Source: a virus
DNA length: 56,389 nt
Virus record (IMG/VR): IMGVR_UViG_3300046643_000057
Coordinates: 1 to 56,389 of that record
Reading direction: 5' to 3' (one strand)
Under the pieces are notes generated by a model. That model saw only the letters and a program-made list of their open reading frames with translations. It had not been told where the DNA came from and did not search any database. Shown here in pieces: positions 51,536 through 56,389 of the stretch. Both the position numbers and the translations under genes were made by a program. Every line of letters begins with the position of its first letter. Positions within the stretch are counted from its first letter, which is position 1.

Positions 51536-52542
51536 ACACGGTCCCAGGAAAAACGAATGACCATCGTCATGGTCTTCGTGTTGTCCTTCGGCACTACCGC
51601 ACCACCTGACGTCGCAGCGAGGACGTACTGGTACTGCATGTTGGTGCTGAAATTCAGAGAGAAGGCACCCACACCACCCGACGCATTGCCGTCAGCCGGC
51701 AGCCACGTGTAGGTCGTGTCAAGGTACTTGTTGCCCGATGTGTAGGAGGCTGCCACGCTAGAGCCACCACTCGCTGGCGTTCCGGCCGGTGTGCTGGTGA
51801 TCGCGCCGAGCGTCTGCGTGGCATAGGTACTCGCGTTGGTGCCGAGGCCGAATCGTGAACCGTTGAGTTGCAGTGTCGAGTAGAGCCCATTGGCAAAGCT
51901 CGCGCAGTTCGAAATACGGCCGGTGTAGTTGTAGCTCGTGCCGGAGATCGAGACCGTGCCGGTGAGGTCGGTCAGAATCGGCGTGCAGGTCAACTCATAG
52001 TAGACGGTCAGTTGATCGATCGAAGTGACGGTGAGGGTCGTCGGGCTGCCGCCGCCGTCGAGGATAAGAGCACGACTCCACAGGCTGCCCCCACCACTCG
52101 CCCACCCGATGCCGATCTCGGCCATATTGCCCACCACGGCGCCTTGCGCGTAGACGTGATGAAACTGACACTGAGCAACGTAGCCGCTCGGTCCGCCGTT
52201 ATTCTGGCTGTCGAGAGTCACGTTACTCGTGGACGCAACATAGGCCTGCAGGCTCGTGTCGCTGTTCGTCGGCGTGGCGTTGCCGGTGCCGACCGAACCC
52301 CATTGGAAGAGTGAAGGGCTCGCCACAGCGAGCCGATCGAGACCGCTGTTGACGATCAGGTTTTTGAACCACCCCGTGTCGACTTCACGCTTCGTGCCTT
52401 CGTTGAGCACACACCGGAATCGCCCACTGAAGCCGACCTTGATCTCGAGCCCTGGTGGCTCTGCGGCTGATGCCGGGAGCGCGGGAAATGCCGCGAGAGG
52501 CCCGATAACTGCTGCAAGTGCCGCGATCATTGACTTGTTCAT
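51532..52542 (-). CDS. tail fiber/spike-like protein with signal-peptide-like N-terminus
   Basis: MNKSMIAALAAVIGPLAAFPALPASA-AEPP, then WFKNLIVNSGLDRLA and Ser/Thr/Gly-rich beta-type sequence. Confidence 0.6.
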   Translation of the reverse strand: MNKSMIAALAAVIGPLAAFPALPASAAEPPGLEIKVGFSGRFRCVLNEGTKREVDTGWFKNLIVNSGLDRLAVASPSLFQWGSVGTGNATPTNSDTSLQAYVASTSNVTLDSQNNGGPSGYVAQCQFHHVYAQGAVVGNMAEIGIGWASGGGSLWSRALILDGGGSPTTLTVTSIDQLTVYYELTCTPILTDLTGTVSISGTSYNYTGRISNCASFANGLYSTLQLNGSRFGLGTNASTYATQTLGAITSTPAGTPASGGSSVAASYTSGNKYLDTTYTWLPADGNASGGVGAFSLNFSTNMQYQYVLAATSGGAVVPKDNTKTMTMVIRFSWDRV

Positions 52543-53288
52543 ACGAGGGTCCCGCTTTGAAGTGAAGGAACGAAGACTTGCATCGTGTCGGGATGCGCGA
52601 GCCCGTTGGTGTAATTGATCACGATGCGAACGAGCGTGCCGCTCTGAAGGGCGGGCACGAAGACCTGCATGGTGTCCGGGTGCGGACGCGCGTCATAGAT
52701 GATGACGATCGTTTGCAGGGTGCCGCTTTCGAGCGCCGGCACGAAAACCTGCATCGTATCGGGATGCGGCCTCGCGTCATAGGTGATGAACGCGATCGTC
52801 ACCACGAGCGTGCCGCTTTCGAGCGCTGGCACCGCAATTTGCATCGGATCAACACCGAACTTGATGAGCGAGCCGTGTTCGAGAGCAGCCACACTGACCT
52901 GCATTCCATCCTGCACGAGCAGCGGATAAAGAATCGAGGTGAAGAAGGTCGACGGCGCGACGATGAGCGTGCCTTCGATGAGCGAAGGCACGTTGACGAG
53001 CATGTCGTCGACCGTCTTGGAGACCACCGCGAGCCGAACCGTGATCACGTTCTCGTGCTCGCCCACGCCGCGCGTCGCGACCAAGGGTGAGACAAAATTC
53101 ACGACGAGGACTTGATCGTCGCCGAGAGGCTCGCCGTCCTGCATCCACTGCAAGAAGCCGGGGAAGTCCGTGATGTCGGTAGGCAGCACGCCGCCACCCG
53201 TGGATGTGACTGTGAACCCCGGATCGCCCGCAGGGGCGACGGGCAAATCTCCTGTGTTCGTGTCGACAGGAGTGATACCGAAGGTCAT
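52539..53288 (-). CDS. repeat-containing virion protein
   Basis: Four to five roughly 24-aa repeats (H)PDTMQVFVPAL(E/Q)SGTL. The N-terminal domain is paralogous to the upstream 74-aa gene. Confidence 0.65.
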   Translation of the reverse strand: MTFGITPVDTNTGDLPVAPAGDPGFTVTSTGGGVLPTDITDFPGFLQWMQDGEPLGDDQVLVVNFVSPLVATRGVGEHENVITVRLAVVSKTVDDMLVNVPSLIEGTLIVAPSTFFTSILYPLLVQDGMQVSVAALEHGSLIKFGVDPMQIAVPALESGTLVVTIAFITYDARPHPDTMQVFVPALESGTLQTIVIIYDARPHPDTMQVFVPALQSGTLVRIVINYTNGLAHPDTMQVFVPSLQSGTLV

Positions 53289-53509
53289 GACGAAGCGTCG
53301 GGTGGCGGGGGTACTGCGGTGACGGTGATCGTGTTCTCGTCGGTGCCGCTCGTGCCGCGCACCGCGATCACGTAACCGACGAAATTCACCGTGTCGGCGT
53401 CAGGACCACCGAGATTCACCCCGTTGTATTGGAACTGGATGTAGCGCTTCGGTGAGTCGCCCTCTTGCGGCGCAAAAGGGCCGATAGGCATGATGCTGAA
53501 GGCGGGCAT
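53285..53509 (-). CDS. small virion-module protein (74 aa)
   Basis: NFVGYVIAVRGTSGTDENTITVTAV parallels NFVSPLVATRGVGEHENVITVRLAV in the next gene. Confidence 0.55.
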   Translation of the reverse strand: MPAFSIMPIGPFAPQEGDSPKRYIQFQYNGVNLGGPDADTVNFVGYVIAVRGTSGTDENTITVTAVPPPPDASS

Positions 53510-53518
53510 GGCATCACC

Positions 53519-54178
53519 TCACCGGATGAGAAACATTCGGGGCCGCGCGCGCTGCGAACCCGTGTTGTAGTTGCGTTGCACCTCGGCCTTGCCGTTGCTC
53601 ACGCCAGACGCAAAAATGCGATCGTTTTTCAACGCAAGGCCGGGGTTTGTCCACGGCTGATCGTTGATGTCGTAGAGGTAGGCGAGTGCACCGGCTTCGA
53701 TGTCGTTGCTGTACTTGATCAGCGGCTCGAGCGGCACGTTGACCGAGTCTTCGCTCGGCGTGACGATGGCCGTCACGGTGAGACCGAAGATGCCTTTGGG
53801 GATCGGGTCGAGCGCGAACTGGCCTTCAGGAATGTAGGCGTAGCGGATCGGTTGCGTGGTGGCCGGGTTGATCGACAGGTTCGGGTCCCAATATTCCGAG
53901 TCGCTCTTCACGATCGGCCAATATTTGATACCGTTGCCGGGATTCTGCGAGCCCTGCATCGCGTAGATGCCGATGACGTCGAGGCCCGGCGCTTGGCCGA
54001 GGCTGTACTGGCGCTGGTCGACCACCGTTGCGCCGTCGATGTTCGTGCGCAGCCACTGCGTTTGCTGGCACCACTCGCGATAGGCGCGCATGTAGGCGTG
54101 CCGAAGCGTGGGTGTCGGGCACTTGCGCACCTTCTGCGCCACGTTGGCGAGATACTGGTTCACATCGACGAAGTTCAC
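53519..54178 (-). CDS. hypothetical virion-module protein (219 aa)
   Basis: GTG at 54178 overlaps the upstream stop (GTGA). Confidence 0.55.
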   Translation of the reverse strand: MNFVDVNQYLANVAQKVRKCPTPTLRHAYMRAYREWCQQTQWLRTNIDGATVVDQRQYSLGQAPGLDVIGIYAMQGSQNPGNGIKYWPIVKSDSEYWDPNLSINPATTQPIRYAYIPEGQFALDPIPKGIFGLTVTAIVTPSEDSVNVPLEPLIKYSNDIEAGALAYLYDINDQPWTNPGLALKNDRIFASGVSNGKAEVQRNYNTGSQRARPRMFLIR

Positions 54179-54816
54179 GAGGTGGTTCCCGGTTGAGCCG
54201 CGACCTTCGGCGCGACGGCGACCTGAGCTTGCGACTTCAGGCCGAGCAGTTGGCCCCACTGCTGGCGGAACTGCGCGCCTTTCGTGAGGTCCTGCCGCTT
54301 GCTGTTCTTCTCATAGGCTTTGCCCATCACGAAGGACACGAGCGCGGTCTGATAGCTGTCCGGCACGCTCATCTCGTCGGTGTCGTAGGCGAGCTCGGGC
54401 GGCACGGCGCCGTAGAGCACCTCGATCGAGCTCGTGCCGTCACTTGGCGGAAACACGGTGAAGCGGCGCGGGTTGCGCGAGTCGGCGGTGTAGTGCTCGA
54501 TGTCGCTCTCCTGCGTGCCTTGCGGCCAGAAGCGATTCGACTCGTCGAGCAGGTCCTTGTCGACCTGCGTGATGATCCGGCCCGACGCGTTGCGCGTGAT
54601 CGAGATCAACGCGAGGCCATCGTCGGGGAGGGCCTGCAGCACGCCCGCCTTGAGCGTGATGAAGCCTTCGACGGTGTACATGTCGGGCTTGACGAAGGCC
54701 GTCGCGCGCAAGGCCTCGTTGAGAAAGCCGAGCAGATCGTCAGCCGGCCACGTCCGATGATTCTTGTCGAGCAGTTGGCTCGCCGCTTCGTCGAGGATCG
54801 TGGCCGCGAGGATCAT
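54175..54816 (-). CDS. hypothetical virion-module protein (213 aa; head-tail joining region)
   Basis: ATG at 54816 overlaps the upstream stop (ATGA). The track ORF start at 55035 is an off-frame extension. Confidence 0.55.
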   Translation of the reverse strand: MILAATILDEAASQLLDKNHRTWPADDLLGFLNEALRATAFVKPDMYTVEGFITLKAGVLQALPDDGLALISITRNASGRIITQVDKDLLDESNRFWPQGTQESDIEHYTADSRNPRRFTVFPPSDGTSSIEVLYGAVPPELAYDTDEMSVPDSYQTALVSFVMGKAYEKNSKRQDLTKGAQFRQQWGQLLGLKSQAQVAVAPKVAAQPGTTS

Positions 54817-55229
54817 GTCAAGTCTTCCGCTGGCTGCTCGGCCTTCGCCGCGGCCTCCATGACGCGTTTGCGCAGCACGGGCAGCGGTTCGGTGGTGTTG
54901 AGCACCATGCCCCACTGCTCGAGTGCAAAGACGGCCAGATCGTCGGCGGTTGCCGTGCCGACATCGAACGCATCCTGCTCGGCCATGCTGTTGACGACGC
55001 GCGGCGTGCTCTGGCGCGACTGGCCCGCGAGCCAACGCATGCGCGTCGGCAGATCGTCCTTCACCGAACCGCCATAGACGCGGTAGGCCGGGTGCTTGCG
55101 CAAGCCCGGGGTGTTGGGCATCAGCCGCCCGTCATTGATGTTGATGACGTGCGGGTTCTTCTTGTCCTGCTTTTTCTTGCTGCGGGAATTGGCCTCGGAA
55201 AGGCGCTTCTCTTGCTCGGGCGAGATCAT
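54813..55229 (-). CDS. hypothetical protein (138 aa)
   Basis: Basic N-terminus. Lies in the late operon. Confidence 0.6.
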   Translation of the reverse strand: MISPEQEKRLSEANSRSKKKQDKKNPHVININDGRLMPNTPGLRKHPAYRVYGGSVKDDLPTRMRWLAGQSRQSTPRVVNSMAEQDAFDVGTATADDLAVFALEQWGMVLNTTEPLPVLRKRVMEAAAKAEQPAEDLT

Positions 55230-55265
55230 GGATTGGTTCTCCGTTTGATCGTGGGTTGAGAGTCT

Positions 55266-55418
55266 TTACTTTTTCTTCGGAGCCATCTTCTTGACGGCGG
55301 CGAACTGCTTCTTGTCGAGGGCCTTGTCAGCCTTCGAACCCTCCTTCATGCCCTTCGGGTCCTTGTCGAACTTGGACTTTTCGAAGGCCTTCATCGTCTT
55401 GGGTTTTGCGGCTGCCAT
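55266..55418 (-). CDS. small Lys-rich protein (50 aa)
   Basis: Not in the track. GGAGAA SD precedes the ATG. Translation: MAAAKPKTMKAFEKSKFDKDPKGMKEGSKADKALDKKQFAAVKKMAPKKK. Confidence 0.45.
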   Translation of the reverse strand: MAAAKPKTMKAFEKSKFDKDPKGMKEGSKADKALDKKQFAAVKKMAPKKK

Positions 55419-55481
55419 AGGTTTCTCCGGTGGTTGAAAAACCGGCGCCGAAGTGGCGCCGGATTCGGTGTCAGCGGAGGC

Positions 55482-55682
55482 TCAAGAGCCCGCTGGCGAG
55501 GTGCCCGGCGTGAGCGCGCGCACCTTCATCTTGCCGGACTGGCCGTTGCTCTGACCCGGCCCCAGAGGGGTGTTCGGGTAGCGAGCCTTGGCCTTGCCGG
55601 ATGCCTGAGACAGTTCCTTCTGAATGGTCTCGGGCGGCACCTTGACCGGGATGTTCATCCCGTAGGGGTTGCTGGTCTTCAT
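55482..55682 (-). CDS. small protein downstream of capsid gene (66 aa)
   Basis: ORF beginning MKTSNPYGMNIPVKVPPETIQKEL... Confidence 0.5.
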   Translation of the reverse strand: MKTSNPYGMNIPVKVPPETIQKELSQASGKAKARYPNTPLGPGQSNGQSGKMKVRALTPGTSPAGS

Positions 55683-55752
55683 CGTCGTTTCTCCTTGGGA
55701 GGTTTGGGTCGTCGAACAGGATCAGGGCGTGAGCCCCGATCCTAATCCGTCA

Positions 55753-56389
55753 TCAAGGCGCCGGGTTGGCTGACTTGATGGTCACCACGGCGGTGCCGAC
55801 GTAGTTCGGGCCGATGACTTCGTAGCCGAAGACCATGAGGCCCCGGATGATGTAGCCGAAGTCGTTCGGGTTGTCGATCATCTGGCACTCGACGATCTGG
55901 CTCGCGAACGTCAGGCCGGCGCTGTGGCCGAACATGCAGTACACGGCCGGGCCGGGCGAGGTCTGCTTGAGCAGATTGCGCGACTGGTACATGGTGAAGC
56001 GATCGATCTCGCCCACCTTGCCGTTGCGGATGATCGAGACACCGTCGCCGGCCAACGACGCGATGCGAAGATCGCTCTTCTTGATCGCGGCGATGAACGC
56101 GGGGGGAGCCACGAACCACCGGCCCTCGTCCGACACGTTCTGCTCGTCGAGAACGGTGCCACAGTCGACGATGAAATCGACAATGTTGTTCTGATCGAGC
56201 ACGACCGGGTTCGACGAGTCGCCCAGGTTGATCGAATCCGAGTCGGCGCCAGCGGTGGTGCCGCTGTTCTGCGCCGACACTTCGGCCGGGATCGTCTCGA
56301 GCATGTCCGCGTCGGCGGCGATGCGCAACTGGATCGAACCGTCGTTCGCGAACACGTCGGCCAAGTCGAGGTCCGATTGGCGCGAGTCG
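55753..56389 (-). CDS. major capsid protein, C-terminal part (continues upstream via the junction into 591..128)
   Basis: ORF 55753..56364 has no real start of its own. It is in frame with the 1..591 segment, for a combined 366 aa. Confidence 0.85.
   Translation of the reverse strand, partial: DSRQSDLDLADVFANDGSIQLRIAADADMLETIPAEVSAQNSGTTAGADSDSINLGDSSNPVVLDQNNIVDFIVDCGTVLDEQNVSDEGRWFVAPPAFIAAIKKSDLRIASLAGDGVSIIRNGKVGEIDRFTMYQSRNLLKQTSPGPAVYCMFGHSAGLTFASQIVECQMIDNPNDFGYIIRGLMVFGYEVIGPNYVGTAVVTIKSANPAP
56263..56389. repeat. second copy of the 127-bp terminal overlap
   Basis: Identical to 1..127. Confidence 0.95.

Noticed and set aside
56263-56389. Genuine direct terminal repeat (DTR) of the virion chromosome
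   Set aside because: The repeat lies inside the major capsid gene and is exactly 127 bp, which is much more consistent with an assembler k-mer overlap on a circular path.
1-56389. Prophage or temperate lifestyle, tRNA genes, CRISPR arrays
   Set aside because: No integrase, recombinase or excisionase motifs, no attachment-site-like flanks (the contig is circular), no tRNA-like T-arm or acceptor patterns, and no regularly spaced short repeats were seen on either strand.

Overview
This window is a complete, circularly closed genome of a tailed dsDNA phage. The first 127 bp are identical to the last 127 bp, which looks like an assembly overlap, so the unique length is 56,262 bp. GC content is high (about 60-65% by eye), GC3 bias is strong, and ATGA/GTGA/TGATG start-stop coupling is pervasive. 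Gene layout: (i) A long minus-strand late operon starts at 7752, runs down through position 1, wraps over the junction and continues from 56389 to 35182. It encodes small and large terminase, portal, scaffold, an N4-gp56/P22-type major capsid protein, about 20 tail and internal-virion genes (including 782-, 839- and 1423-aa proteins), and a SAR-endolysin/pinholin/Rz-Rz1 lysis cassette. (ii) Plus-strand early genes at 7959-10259 encode a DUF932-like protein, an HNH endonuclease and five tiny membrane proteins. (iii) A minus-strand block at 15740-10408 encodes an HTH regulator, a cupin-like protein and a prim-pol/SF3 primase-helicase. (iv) A plus-strand block at 15945-34794 encodes a DUF2800 nuclease, a DUF2815 SSB-like protein, a family A DNA polymerase, a PEP-CTERM protein, an HTH protein, two HNH endonucleases, VRR-NUC, an SNF2 helicase and a 6.5-kb glycosyltransferase/methyltransferase module. 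I recognised no integrase, tRNA, CRISPR array or phage RNA polymerase, so this looks like a virulent podovirus-like phage that depends on host RNAP. A betaproteobacterial-type host with an exosortase system is inferred only from GC content and the PEP-CTERM gene. The most interesting signals are listed here. First, the operator-gated GT/MTase module at 28256-34794, whose substrate is unknown. Second, a phage-borne MHFG-like PEP-CTERM (exosortase-substrate) gene. Third, a palindrome, CTGTATCA-NN-TGATACAG, found at six promoter regions. Fourth, a divergent control region with a candidate small RNA carrying an anti-Shine-Dalgarno loop. Fifth, several structured non-coding elements. Sixth, an apparent frameshift in a conserved small gene. 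All functional calls rest on motif recognition by eye; no database search was run.
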